A stretch of DNA of 64,000 nucleotides from an uncultured virus (IMG/VR IMGVR_UViG_3300025121_000022) (IMGVR_UViG_3300025121_000022); one strand, 5' to 3'; counted from the first letter of the stretch, positions 1-9,484 are shown. The notes: generated from the sequence alone by a model not told the origin. Numbers and translations are program-made.

Positions 1-230
1 TCCAATGGGCTTCGGGAAACGGCCATGTTGAGGTCGTGAAGATTCTTCTTTCCGACAAGAGGGTTGATCCAACGGCCTATAACAACCTTGCCATCCGAGG
101 GGCTTCGGAAAGAGGCCATGTTGAGGTCGTGAAGATTCTTCTTTCCGACAAGAGGGTTGATCCAACGGCCGGTAACAACTATGCCATCCAATGGGCTTCG
201 GCAAAAGGCCATGTTGAGGTCGTGAAGCTT
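1..230 (+). repeat. 93-nt tandem ankyrin-coding repeat, locus 1
   Basis: GGCCATGTTGAGGTCGTGAAG recurs at 21, 114, 207. Confidence 0.95.
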
Positions 231-263
231 TTAAAAGATGCCGGATGTAAATTTCCCGCTTGA
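3..263 (+). CDS. Ankyrin-repeat protein, 5'-truncated by window edge
   Basis: 31-aa repeats GHVEVVKILLSDKRVDPTAxNNxAIxxASxx; frame open from window start. Confidence 0.9.
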   Translation, partial: QWASGNGHVEVVKILLSDKRVDPTAYNNLAIRGASERGHVEVVKILLSDKRVDPTAGNNYAIQWASAKGHVEVVKLLKDAGCKFPA

Positions 264-288
264 CTTAAAGAATAAAATCTGTTACTAT
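260..288 (+). promoter_or_regulatory. sigma70-type early promoter
   Basis: TTGACT-17 bp-TACTAT with extended -10 TG. Confidence 0.7.
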
Positions 289-324
289 TGCTCAACTTTA
301 GCGTTCTAAGAAGAGGAAAATAAA

Positions 325-1503
325 ATGATTGAGTATTCTTTCAAGATGCTGCTGAATATCATTCTTCCGATTATCAATTGTGATAATCCTCCTCCCATTC
401 TTCTTCGTGCAAAGCATGGAGTTGGAAAGAGTTCGTGGGCCAAGGAACTTGTGAATTTTCTTTATGCCATTAATGAAATGGAATATGGATTTGTTACACG
501 GCGAGCTTCACAGCAAACAGAGGGGGATCAGCTAGGACTTCCCTTTAGGGATCGCACAAACAACACCACAAAATATTATCCGCCAGATTGGTTTATGGAG
601 GCTTGCACAAAGCCAACGGTTCTGTTGATCGACGAAATTGATCGTGCGACACTTGAGGTGTCTCAGGGCTACTTTGAGCTTGGTGATTCTCGCACTCTTG
701 CGGGATATACTCTTCATCCGAGGACGGTGCTTATTTCTTGTGTTAATGGCGGAGAGAACGAAAATAATTATAATGTTAACTCCATGGACCCTGCTTTCTT
801 GGACCGTTGGGTGACGTTTGATCTTAATCCGACCATTGAGGATTGGGTTGAGTGGGGCCGCGAGCGAGGTGGGATTCATCCAGAAATCCTTGCATTCGTG
901 CAGAATTTCCCCGAGTGTCTTGAAGTTACCAAGAACATGAAGCCGGGGAAGGTTTACCCTTCTCGTCGGTCGTGGGATCGTCTGAATACGGTTGTTGCTA
1001 AGAACTCCAAGATTCTCGAAAGTGCTCTACAAAACAATTCAGAAGACTTGACAAAGATTTTTCTTATTTCGAATGGTTTCGTTGGAGAAGAGGCTGCAAA
1101 TTCTTTCAAGAATTGGGTGGCAGACGCTAAGAACAAGGTGATTAAGCCGGAAGATATTCTGAATGGTGATAAGGTTGCTTTTGGCAAGGTTCAAAGGTTC
1201 AATGTTAGCGAGTGGAACAATCATATTGATCGTTGGAAGGATCCAGCTACCAAAGAGCTTTTGCACAAGAAGTTTGCGAACAACAAGCAGAAGACAGCGG
1301 AAAATGTTTCCAATCTTCTTCTAGAAATGCCTTCGGAAATCTTCCTTAAGTTCTGGGATGAGGTTGTTTTTGGAGGCGAGTGGAATTTTGACCTGACGAA
1401 GGCTATTTCGAACAATGAGGCGACCATTGAGGGTCAAAAGTTGAAGATGCAAAGGATTTATCAGAAGTACGTCCTTGGTCGTGAGCTTTCTGCTATCAAG
1501 TGA
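325..1503 (+). CDS. MoxR-like AAA+ ATPase
   Basis: Walker A (AKHGVGKS), Walker B LLIDEIDR, MDPAFLDRW, PSRRSW. Confidence 0.88.
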   Translation: MIEYSFKMLLNIILPIINCDNPPPILLRAKHGVGKSSWAKELVNFLYAINEMEYGFVTRRASQQTEGDQLGLPFRDRTNNTTKYYPPDWFMEACTKPTVLLIDEIDRATLEVSQGYFELGDSRTLAGYTLHPRTVLISCVNGGENENNYNVNSMDPAFLDRWVTFDLNPTIEDWVEWGRERGGIHPEILAFVQNFPECLEVTKNMKPGKVYPSRRSWDRLNTVVAKNSKILESALQNNSEDLTKIFLISNGFVGEEAANSFKNWVADAKNKVIKPEDILNGDKVAFGKVQRFNVSEWNNHIDRWKDPATKELLHKKFANNKQKTAENVSNLLLEMPSEIFLKFWDEVVFGGEWNFDLTKAISNNEATIEGQKLKMQRIYQKYVLGRELSAIK

Positions 1504-1511
1504 GAATTAAA

Positions 1512-2759
1512 ATGTATTCTCCCGAAGATAAGCCGGTTCCTCTTTTTAACCTCAAGACTGATCTTGGGCATTATTATCAAGCTGAACCTTTTCTTGCTGG
1601 GTTTAGTTTGGGGGTGGATAAATATGTAGGCAATTGGGCCGAAGTTCCAACGGCTGGTGTTTCTCTAAACAAAAAGACGGGCCGCCCTTCGCTTGTGATT
1701 AATAATGTTTACATGAATGAGCTTACAATCAAGCAAAGGATCGGTGTCTTTAAGCATGAATTTTATCATATTCTTCTTGGGCATATTACGCGCAGAAGCG
1801 CAGAAAAAAAGAAGATTGAACCAAGGATTTGGAACATTTGCTTGGACTTGGCTGTGAATTCTTTTCTTCAAGCGGATGAAATGAGGGACGATTGGGTTAT
1901 CCCAGGAAAGAGGGACTTCTTAAATTATCCGTCTGGTCTTACAGCAGAGCAATATTATGCAATGCTGCAAAGAGATCCCAATAAGGAAAGTATTCTAGAG
2001 AAGTTCAAGGGTATTTCACATATTTGTTTTGGAGTTGACGAGAACGGAAACATCACAGAGTTTCCAGACGGCTTCCCGCCCGACCTTCTTTCTGCCGCAG
2101 AGCAAGAAATTAAAAAGGCAATGCGAGAGGGAAAGCGGAACGCAATTAACCATTCGTGGGGCTCCATCCCGGCGCAAATTCAAAAAGAAATCAACGATTA
2201 CCTTGATTCTTCGGTAAGATGGCAAGATGTTGTGAGAATGCTTGTTATGGGAGCGGTTAGAGCAAAGAAGAAGTCGACTATCAGAAAGATTAATAAGAGA
2301 ATGCCGTATATGTTTCCAGGGAAGAAGTTTACACATACGGCAAGAATCGCGGTGTTGATGGACCAATCTGGTTCGATGGGAGACGAACTTCTTTCTATGT
2401 TCTTTGGTGAGTTGGATAGTCTTGCGAAGTTTGTGGAGTTTGATGTGGTTCCTTTTGACGTTGAGGTTGAGACAAAGAGTTTGTTTAGATGGGAAAAGAA
2501 TAAGAAGGTTAAGCCGTTCCGGGCCTTGGCAGGCGGAACCGATTTTAATAACTGCTCAAAGTGGGCAGTTGAATCGGGATATGATGCTTGTTTTATTTTG
2601 ACGGATACAGGGGCTCCCGTTCCCGACTCAATTCGCATTAAGAGGATTTGGGTTGTGGATAGAGCTAATTACGATCATTGGAATAATTCCAAGTCTTATG
2701 GTCCTCCTGCGGGAGAGCCGATTATTATTGTTGAAAACAACCTGGGGAAAAATCAATGA
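1512..2759 (+). CDS. Metallopeptidase-like plus VWA domain protein (DUF2201-type MoxR partner)
   Basis: HEFYH zincin motif, WNICLDLAVN, MIDAS DQSGS, GGTDF, LTD; follows the AAA gene. Confidence 0.85.
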   Translation: MYSPEDKPVPLFNLKTDLGHYYQAEPFLAGFSLGVDKYVGNWAEVPTAGVSLNKKTGRPSLVINNVYMNELTIKQRIGVFKHEFYHILLGHITRRSAEKKKIEPRIWNICLDLAVNSFLQADEMRDDWVIPGKRDFLNYPSGLTAEQYYAMLQRDPNKESILEKFKGISHICFGVDENGNITEFPDGFPPDLLSAAEQEIKKAMREGKRNAINHSWGSIPAQIQKEINDYLDSSVRWQDVVRMLVMGAVRAKKKSTIRKINKRMPYMFPGKKFTHTARIAVLMDQSGSMGDELLSMFFGELDSLAKFVEFDVVPFDVEVETKSLFRWEKNKKVKPFRALAGGTDFNNCSKWAVESGYDACFILTDTGAPVPDSIRIKRIWVVDRANYDHWNNSKSYGPPAGEPIIIVENNLGKNQ

Positions 2760-2938
2760 AAGAGTGTTGTGATAATTGCTGGTTTTATCGTGAACAATGG
2801 TGCAGAAGATATCCAACAGAGGTATTGAAGGATCCGAGTGATTTTTGTGGAGAATTTCGTCCTAAAAAGTCGCTAAAAGAGATTGAGGGAGAGAATTTCT
2901 CGCAAGAGAGAAAAAAGAAAGTTCTGCTCAACGATTGA
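2756..2938 (+). CDS. Small Cys-rich phage protein
   Basis: CxxC...C...CGEF; ATGA overlap with upstream stop. Confidence 0.55.
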   Translation: MKECCDNCWFYREQWCRRYPTEVLKDPSDFCGEFRPKKSLKEIEGENFSQERKKKVLLND

Positions 2939-2956
2939 GCTTGGGAACTTTTTAAA

Positions 2957-3358
2957 ATGAGAAGAGAACAAAACAGAGGAGAGCGGCTTTTTTGGGAGCT
3001 TTGCAAAAAAGGCAAAGACAAGGAAGCGGCTTTAATTCTGTCGATGGAGGTGTTCGATCCAAGGGCCGATAACAACTATGCCATCCGATATGCTTCGGGA
3101 AAAGGTCTTGTCGAGGTCGTGAAATTTCTTCTTTCCGACAAGAGGGTTAATCCGGTGGTTTTTGATAATTATGCCATCCGATGGGCTTCGGAAAACGGCC
3201 ATGTTGATGTCGTGAAGATTCTTCTTTCCGACAAGAGGGTCGACCCAACGGCCTATGAGAATCAGGCTATCCAATTGGCTTCGAAAAACGGCCATGTTGA
3301 GGTCGTGAGGCTTTTAAGAGATGTTGGATGTAAGATTGAGCTTGACAAAATCCCTTAA
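2957..3358 (+). CDS. Ankyrin-repeat protein
   Basis: About three 31-aa ankyrin repeats of the same family as locus 1. Confidence 0.9.
   Translation: MRREQNRGERLFWELCKKGKDKEAALILSMEVFDPRADNNYAIRYASGKGLVEVVKFLLSDKRVNPVVFDNYAIRWASENGHVDVVKILLSDKRVDPTAYENQAIQLASKNGHVEVVRLLRDVGCKIELDKIP
3055..3312 (+). repeat. 93-nt ankyrin-coding repeat, locus 2 (more diverged)
   Basis: Unit starts at 3104, 3197, 3290. Confidence 0.9.
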
Positions 3359-3370
3359 GTTTGTTAACCT
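3342..3370 (+). promoter_or_regulatory. sigma70-type early promoter
   Basis: TTGACA-17 bp-TAACCT with extended -10 TG. Confidence 0.7.
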
Positions 3371-3422
3371 TTCTGTAGTTGGTTACGAAAAACAAACAGT
3401 TGCGGAAACAAGGAGAAGGAAG

Positions 3423-3782
3423 ATGCTGGATGTGATGCTGAGCACTGGTGAGAAGATTCGTATTCTGTGGAAGCACAATCGGGTGTTCGAGAAGTATGAG
3501 TCGCCAGACCCCAAGACGGGGCAGGTGGTGGAGAAGACTCGAAATCATGGCGGTTCTACGGAGTGCCAGGTGTTTCTTGTGGGCTCGGACAACACTGAGA
3601 CTCCCTTTGGCGAGGGGAAGGCGATGTGCGTGGCTTGGGACAACTTCGACAAGAACAAGGGTCGAAAGTATTCCCTTCGTCGAGCCCTCCAGAAGGCTCT
3701 TCCCGAGAGAACCGGGCGCGTGAATTGTGCGAGGGAGATTTGGGCCTCTTATTTCCAGAGGTTCCCAATCCACAATAAGTAG
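3423..3782 (+). CDS. Hypothetical early protein
   Basis: AGGAG SD upstream of ATG 3423, downstream of promoter. Confidence 0.7.
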   Translation: MLDVMLSTGEKIRILWKHNRVFEKYESPDPKTGQVVEKTRNHGGSTECQVFLVGSDNTETPFGEGKAMCVAWDNFDKNKGRKYSLRRALQKALPERTGRVNCAREIWASYFQRFPIHNK

Positions 3783-3792
3783 GAAATGCTTA

Positions 3793-4341
3793 ATGGACTT
3801 CTTTACCTCCGATACCCACTTTTGGCACAGAAACATCTTGCATCTAGGAAAAGGCCGTCCTTTTTCTTCGATAGAAGAAATGAACGAGAAGCTTATAGAA
3901 AACTGGAATTCTGTTGTAGGAACAGAAGATAATATTTTTCATCTTGGGGACTTTGGCTTCTGTGGTGTTCAACAAGCATTGTCAATCATCGGTAGGCTGA
4001 ACGGCAAGAAACATTTAATTATCGGGAATCATGATAGACGTTTGATTAAGGACCACAACTTTTTTTATCAATTTCTTTCTGTTCAGCCATATTTGGCAAG
4101 AGACTTTGCAAGTCAAGGCAAAACTAGGAAAGTTATTCTTTTCCATTATCCGATGGAAGAGTGGGAGAGTTATTATTTTAAGTCTTGGCACCTTTATGGC
4201 CACACACACAAAGAACTTGTTGCAGATGCCAGCCTTTTGAGGTATCATGCTGGGGTCGATTCGAATGGTTTTAAACCTGTGTCTTTTGACGAGGTTTTTA
4301 TAAAACTAACAGAAAGGCAGAACACGATTTATGGTAAATAA
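3793..4341 (+). CDS. Calcineurin-like metallophosphoesterase
   Basis: DTH, GD, GNHD, HYP, GHTH motifs. Confidence 0.9.
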   Translation: MDFFTSDTHFWHRNILHLGKGRPFSSIEEMNEKLIENWNSVVGTEDNIFHLGDFGFCGVQQALSIIGRLNGKKHLIIGNHDRRLIKDHNFFYQFLSVQPYLARDFASQGKTRKVILFHYPMEEWESYYFKSWHLYGHTHKELVADASLLRYHAGVDSNGFKPVSFDEVFIKLTERQNTIYGK

Positions 4342-4684
4342 TCCTTCTTTCGTAAAACTAAATGAACTTGTAGAAACGCACGAAAAACTAAGAACTCTCG
4401 GTGTATTACGTTACGATTTGAAAAAAGTTCAAGATTATGCCGACGCCTTATTCAGCAGGTTCTGTCCGATTAAGCTGGATGCTGTTGTAAAGACGAAAAA
4501 CGTTCAAATAACAAAATTTAATAATCTTTGTTATCTTCCGTTTCGAGAAGAAATTCTAAACGGATATGGCGTAGTTGTTGGGCAGGACTACGGGGACGGA
4601 AAGTTTCTTTTTACGGTAAAGTTTAAATCCGGAGATAAAGAAGTTTTTATCGTCTTGACAGAAGACGAAATTGAAGAGGTATAA
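4331..4684 (+). CDS. Hypothetical protein
   Basis: ORF fills the gap in the operon. Confidence 0.6.
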   Translation: MVNNPSFVKLNELVETHEKLRTLGVLRYDLKKVQDYADALFSRFCPIKLDAVVKTKNVQITKFNNLCYLPFREEILNGYGVVVGQDYGDGKFLFTVKFKSGDKEVFIVLTEDEIEEV

Positions 4685-4685
4685 A

Positions 4686-5195
4686 ATGGACAAGAGAACA
4701 AAAAAACTAGTTCATTCGCATAAAAACGACGAATATGGAACTCCTGATGAGATGTTTGCCAATTTGGATGAGTTTTATGGATTTTCTCTTGATCCTTGTG
4801 CAACATCAGAAAATGCAAAATGTTCTTTGTATTGTACAAAAAACGGAACAAATGGACTAGAATTTCCTTGGGAAGGGCATGAGGTTTTCGTAAATCCTCC
4901 TTATAGCCAATTAAAGAAGTGGGTAGAAAAATCAATTGATGAAGTCGTAAATAAAAGATGTTATCGAGTTCTAATGCTTACTCCAGCAAGAACAGACACA
5001 AAAGCTTTTAAGAAGGTGTTTGAGCACGCAAAGCACATTTGTTTTATTTCAGGAAGGATTAAGTTTGTTGTGGATGGGGTTCAGATGAAGACGGGGGCTC
5101 CGTTCCCCTCTTGCTTGGTGTCTTTTTCTCAGTTAGCAGAAGAGGAATTGCAGAAAGAAAGAGAATTTTTAAAGAGATTTGGGTTTGTTCGTTAA
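4686..5195 (+). CDS. Phage DNA N6-adenine methyltransferase (Dam-type)
   Basis: LDPCA, VFVNPPYS, PARTDT, GRIKF, APFPS. Confidence 0.88.
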   Translation: MDKRTKKLVHSHKNDEYGTPDEMFANLDEFYGFSLDPCATSENAKCSLYCTKNGTNGLEFPWEGHEVFVNPPYSQLKKWVEKSIDEVVNKRCYRVLMLTPARTDTKAFKKVFEHAKHICFISGRIKFVVDGVQMKTGAPFPSCLVSFSQLAEEELQKEREFLKRFGFVR

Positions 5196-5203
5196 TTTCT
5201 TGC

Positions 5204-5231
5204 TTGACAATCAAAATTTTATGTTTATCTT
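5204..5231 (+). promoter_or_regulatory. sigma70-type promoter upstream of hsp20
   Basis: TTGACA-16 bp-TATCTT. Confidence 0.5.
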
Positions 5232-5272
5232 TCCGTTGCCTTGAAAAGGCTAAACCTACGGAGGATAAAACT

Positions 5273-5686
5273 ATGAAAAACAACTCACTAATGAAACTAA
5301 TGGATCCTATGAATTACTTTTGGCCTGTGTTTAAAGATGAACTATTTGACGCTCCAGTACAGTGGTCCTTTCAAAAGGTCCAAGAGTACAAAGATTATTT
5401 CACAAAAGAAGAAGCGGACAAGAAAATTCTTGAATATGCTGTTCCCGGCCTTCGGGAAGAGGATATTTCCGTGGAGGTTCGAGGGAACCAGATGATAATT
5501 AAGGCAGATCCTGGAGAAAAACCGATTTCTAATCTTTCCACAAAGTTGGAAACATCTTACTACGACACAGAAAATATTTATGATTTAGAAAAGGCAGAAA
5601 TTTCATATAATTATGGCATTTTAAAGCTGGTTATCCCGAAGAATGAGGCAAAAAAGACGAAAAAACTGAAGGTGCTCTCTAGTTAG
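5273..5686 (+). CDS. Small heat-shock protein (Hsp20/alpha-crystallin)
   Basis: VPGLREEDISVEV and YNYGILKLVIPK; GGAGG SD. Confidence 0.85.
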   Translation: MKNNSLMKLMDPMNYFWPVFKDELFDAPVQWSFQKVQEYKDYFTKEEADKKILEYAVPGLREEDISVEVRGNQMIIKADPGEKPISNLSTKLETSYYDTENIYDLEKAEISYNYGILKLVIPKNEAKKTKKLKVLSS

Positions 5687-5813
5687 AATGAGGACGTTGT
5701 AAACATCCCACCGGAGAGGAGAGGAAATAATTAAGTAAACAGCCTTTTACAGCGTTCGTTCTGAGCCAGATCGAAAAAAGGCAATCCTCTAAACCCTTTC
5801 CCACCTCTCCCTT

Positions 5814-5847
5814 GAAAGCCGCGATTAATGCGGCTTTCTTCTTTTTT
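5814..5847 (+). terminator. Rho-independent terminator ending the early block
   Basis: GAAAGCCGC/GCGGCTTTC stem followed by T-rich tract. Confidence 0.85.
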
Positions 5848-5880
5848 ATTGTCTTCTTGTCGAAATCCTTTGCGAAACTA

Positions 5881-5888
5881 ACTATTTA
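5881..5888 (+). promoter_or_regulatory. Putative late promoter ACTATTTA
   Basis: Same motif precedes several structural genes (11616, 15119, 46143). Confidence 0.55.
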
Positions 5889-5922
5889 TTATGAACGAAG
5901 TGTCTCTTGGAGGTCTTTGTAA

Positions 5923-7176
5923 ATGACCACAAATTTGTATCCCACAAGCTCCGTAAGTTCTGTTGTTTTACCAGAAACAGCATCTTATACGGACGTTAAT
6001 ACCGTAACACATCCACTGCCCTTTGGGGTTTATTCAAGCGATGAGTTCAAGAGAGGGGCTGCCTCTCAGGTGGCTTTTACCTTTCAAAGGATGGGCGGCA
6101 ACACACTCGATTTGGAAATTGATAAATATTCGGTATTCGCAGCTTATGAAGAGTCTTGTTTAGAATATTCTTATCTTGTTAATCTTTATCAGGCCAGAAG
6201 CACATTGGGTTCTGCTCTGGGCGGGGCGACAGCTTCTTTTGACCATATGGGAGAGGTTACGGGCTCTGGTGGGGCCCCAGCCAGCTCAAGTCTAAAGTAC
6301 ATTAAATACAACTTTGGCTATCTCAACAGTATGTCAAAGATGTTTTCGGAGATGGTTGGCATTGGGGGTTACAAAACTGTTTATTCTGCTTCTATTGACA
6401 TTGTTGCTGGACAACAGGATTATGATCTTCAGGCAATCTTAGAAGCATCGGCGGACTTTAGTGGGACTGTCGGAGACAAAAGAGTATTTATCAAGAAAAT
6501 TCATTATCAAACAGGTATGGCCAACTGGTCGTTATACGGCATTTATGGCGGTTTAAATACCGTTGCTGGGTTCATGTCTTATAACAACTATTCAAGCGAG
6601 ACATCTTTTGAAATTATGCCTTCTTGGGAAATGAAATTAAGAGTGATGTCTTTGGAAGATAGATTGTGGAACAGAACTTCACACTATTCTTACGAGATAA
6701 GAAATAATAAAGTTCGTTTGTTCCCTATTCCTACAACATCTTCTCCTACAAAGATGTGGTTTGAGTTTATAGTTCCAGAAGATAATGCTCCTTGGGCTAG
6801 CGCAGATTCCGCAACACAGAAAGAAATAGATGGTGTGAACAACATCAACACCATGCCGTTTGCCAACATACCATATGAAAATATTAACTCTATGGGCAAG
6901 ATGTGGATTAGAAATTATGCTCTTGCTTTGAGCAAAGAAACTCTTGGATATGTTAGAAGCAAGATGTCGGCAATTCCTATTCCGGGAGATAGTATAACTC
7001 TTAATGGAGAGGCTTTATTGTCGGCAGCTCAGCAAGAGAAAGAAAAACTAAAAGAAGAGTTGTTGAAGGTTCTTGAAGAAACGGATTATGCGGCTCTTAG
7101 CGAGAAGGATTCCAAAGCTCACGATGATCTGCAGAATTCGTTGTCCAAAGTTCCGACTCTTATTTTCATGGGGTAA
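5923..7176 (+). CDS. Neck/head-completion protein (T4 gp13-like)
   Basis: WIRNYALALSKETLGYVRSK...IPG..ITLNG C-terminus; position before gp14/gp15/sheath. Confidence 0.7.
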   Translation: MTTNLYPTSSVSSVVLPETASYTDVNTVTHPLPFGVYSSDEFKRGAASQVAFTFQRMGGNTLDLEIDKYSVFAAYEESCLEYSYLVNLYQARSTLGSALGGATASFDHMGEVTGSGGAPASSSLKYIKYNFGYLNSMSKMFSEMVGIGGYKTVYSASIDIVAGQQDYDLQAILEASADFSGTVGDKRVFIKKIHYQTGMANWSLYGIYGGLNTVAGFMSYNNYSSETSFEIMPSWEMKLRVMSLEDRLWNRTSHYSYEIRNNKVRLFPIPTTSSPTKMWFEFIVPEDNAPWASADSATQKEIDGVNNINTMPFANIPYENINSMGKMWIRNYALALSKETLGYVRSKMSAIPIPGDSITLNGEALLSAAQQEKEKLKEELLKVLEETDYAALSEKDSKAHDDLQNSLSKVPTLIFMG

Positions 7177-7188
7177 AGAAGAACAATA

Positions 7189-7683
7189 ATGTCTCAAAAA
7201 GATAACAAATGGTCCGTCCCTCAAGCTCCGCCTCCGTTGTTTTTTGGCGAGAAGGAAAGAAACTTCCAACGTCAATTAACCAACGAAATAATGGAGAAGA
7301 TGTTGGGCCAGGCGTGTTTGTATTATGCCATAGATGTTGAAAGAACAGACTTTCATCCGCTTTATGGCGAGGCAATAAATAAAACATTCCTTCCTCCTGT
7401 TCGAGTATTTGTTTTGTTGGAATGGGAAGATCCAGGCTATACAGGAGAAGACGAATTTGGCCCAGAAAGACGAACAAAAGTAACTGTACATTTCCACAAG
7501 AGGAGATTGACAGAAGACCAAAATATATTTGTTCGTGTTGGGGACTTTCTTGAGTATGGTGACAATTATTATGAGATCGTATCCCTGTCTGAACCAAAGC
7601 AACTGTTTGGACAGACAGATTATAAACTAGAGATAGCGGCAAAATGTGTCCGTGCTCGAAGTGGTGTGTTCAATGCTAAGTAA
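7189..7683 (+). CDS. Neck/head-closure protein (T4 gp14-like)
   Basis: HPLYGEA, VRVGDFLEY; synteny. Confidence 0.6.
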   Translation: MSQKDNKWSVPQAPPPLFFGEKERNFQRQLTNEIMEKMLGQACLYYAIDVERTDFHPLYGEAINKTFLPPVRVFVLLEWEDPGYTGEDEFGPERRTKVTVHFHKRRLTEDQNIFVRVGDFLEYGDNYYEIVSLSEPKQLFGQTDYKLEIAAKCVRARSGVFNAK

Positions 7684-8647
7684 TTTTTCTTTACATCTTG
7701 GGAAGATTATAAGAGAGGAAACGCAAAGAGTTCTTAAAGAGCGTAGAACTAAAAATAGAGAAGTTGTTTTTCACGGCACTTCCTCAAAGTTTTTAAATTC
7801 TATTTTAACCAACGGTTTGGTCCCAAACCCAAAAGAAAAAACTTGGGAAGACGACCCTCAAGCGGAAACTCATACTCCTTCGAGGCATAGCTATGGTGGA
7901 GCTTATTTCACAAATAACATTTTAACAGCAAGAATAGCTGGCCAGCAAACTGTAGCTAAATATGGAGGAAATAGGATCATTATTTCTGCTTTAGTACAAC
8001 CTAAGTCGGCATTACCAGATGAAGACGATATTAAAAGTATCTTGGGTTCAACAATATCAAAATCCGTGAGAAGTGGCGATTACTTTTATGGGACTGTTCA
8101 CGAACTAGAGAATATAAAAAAATATGAAGATTATCGCAAAGAAATTGTAGAAAATGTATTTAAGCAGCTTTTGGAAAAGTATAAAGAAGTTACGCAAGAC
8201 TATGGGAACAAGAAATTTGAAGAATATTTGAGAAAACACGAGGAACTAATTTTCAGAACAATTATTTCTTATTATGAAAGAATTCTTGCACACGAAAAGA
8301 GTAGATATCTTTATTACGACTACTCTGAAATACAAGAATTTGTAAAGTCTCCCCAAGAAGCAGAAAAAAACTATGCAGACAACATAAATAAATTTTCTAC
8401 CATTCTTAAAAAAATATCTTCTTCTCCAAGAAAATATACAGGAGATACGAACTTTAGAGTTATGGAGCCTGTTGGATATTCTGGAAGAAATAGGATTCTG
8501 TCTATTGTGGAAATTGAAGCTTCGACAGAGGATAAATATAAACCTGTTTACATAATTAGATATGGCGAACCACCAGAAGAGTTTTGGGAGCAAACGAGGG
8601 AAAAGTCGGGAAGTGATTTTGGGATAGTGGACAAGAGGGTAAGATAA
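7673..8647 (+). CDS. Putative ADP-ribosyltransferase-fold protein
   Basis: FHGTS...ILTNGLVP...GAYFT pattern of His-Tyr ART superfamily. Confidence 0.5.
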   Translation: MLSNFSLHLGKIIREETQRVLKERRTKNREVVFHGTSSKFLNSILTNGLVPNPKEKTWEDDPQAETHTPSRHSYGGAYFTNNILTARIAGQQTVAKYGGNRIIISALVQPKSALPDEDDIKSILGSTISKSVRSGDYFYGTVHELENIKKYEDYRKEIVENVFKQLLEKYKEVTQDYGNKKFEEYLRKHEELIFRTIISYYERILAHEKSRYLYYDYSEIQEFVKSPQEAEKNYADNINKFSTILKKISSSPRKYTGDTNFRVMEPVGYSGRNRILSIVEIEASTEDKYKPVYIIRYGEPPEEFWEQTREKSGSDFGIVDKRVR

Positions 8648-9484
8648 ATGGGAAAAGTATCTCAAAAAAAACCAACTTCCGAAGAAGTCTTTGAAGTTCA
8701 GCCTTCAACCTTAGAAAACATTGACTGGGCTTTTTTTGATTGGGTTGATAAAGAATTAGACCTTTTCTGTAATACACAAAACGGATGGGAAAAAACTCCT
8801 GTTATCTGGACGAGCGCGGAAAGATCCTATCACATAAAAAATAACAAAGACCTAAGAGATATGTCGGGAACTCTTGAATTACCTCTTATTTCTGTAAAAA
8901 GAGATTCTTTTACAAAGAGTCTTACCGACAAAGGCCCTTTCTTTGCCAATCTTAATCCCGACGATAAAGGCGGAGTAACAATCTTTAAAAAGAAGATAAA
9001 GCACGAGAAAACAGCAAATCACAGAAACGAGCAATCTTTGGATGAGTACGGAAAAATAAACTTCTGGTATCCGGAGAATAGAGCAAAGAAGGTATTGTAT
9101 GAATATATCAACATGCCGCAGCCGGTATATCTTGTGGTAAACTATAAGATATCAATAAAAGCAAGTCATATTCAACAAATGAACACACTAATAAGACCTT
9201 TCCTAGTTAAGGCGGGAGGTATTAATTACTTCGTCTTCGGCAGGGAGGGGCATAAATATGAAGGGTTCTTGCCGGATAAATATGCTGCGGAGGGAAATTC
9301 AGAAAAGCCCCAAGAAGAAGAGAGATTTTTTAAAACAACGATTCTTGTGAAAACAATTGGATATATCATGGGAGCGGGAAAGAACGACAAGACACCAAAA
9401 ATAAAAAGAGGAGAAAGCATTGTAGAAGTTAAGATTCCTAGAGAATATGTAATGTTGGATTGGAACGAAGATAACGAAGATTAA
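8648..9484 (+). CDS. Tail terminator/sheath-completion protein (gp15-like), copy 1
   Basis: LPLISVKR, MPQPVYLVVNYKISI; position before sheath. Confidence 0.6.
   Translation: MGKVSQKKPTSEEVFEVQPSTLENIDWAFFDWVDKELDLFCNTQNGWEKTPVIWTSAERSYHIKNNKDLRDMSGTLELPLISVKRDSFTKSLTDKGPFFANLNPDDKGGVTIFKKKIKHEKTANHRNEQSLDEYGKINFWYPENRAKKVLYEYINMPQPVYLVVNYKISIKASHIQQMNTLIRPFLVKAGGINYFVFGREGHKYEGFLPDKYAAEGNSEKPQEEERFFKTTILVKTIGYIMGAGKNDKTPKIKRGESIVEVKIPREYVMLDWNEDNED

Noticed and set aside
1..263. Regular repeats with variable inserts resembling a CRISPR array
   Set aside because: 93-nt in-frame coding units; variable parts are homologous codons, not unique spacers; no cas genes.
5755..5780. CTGA...GAAA suggesting a hammerhead ribozyme
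   Set aside because: Core CUGANGA is not matched (CTGAGCC) and stem topology does not fit.
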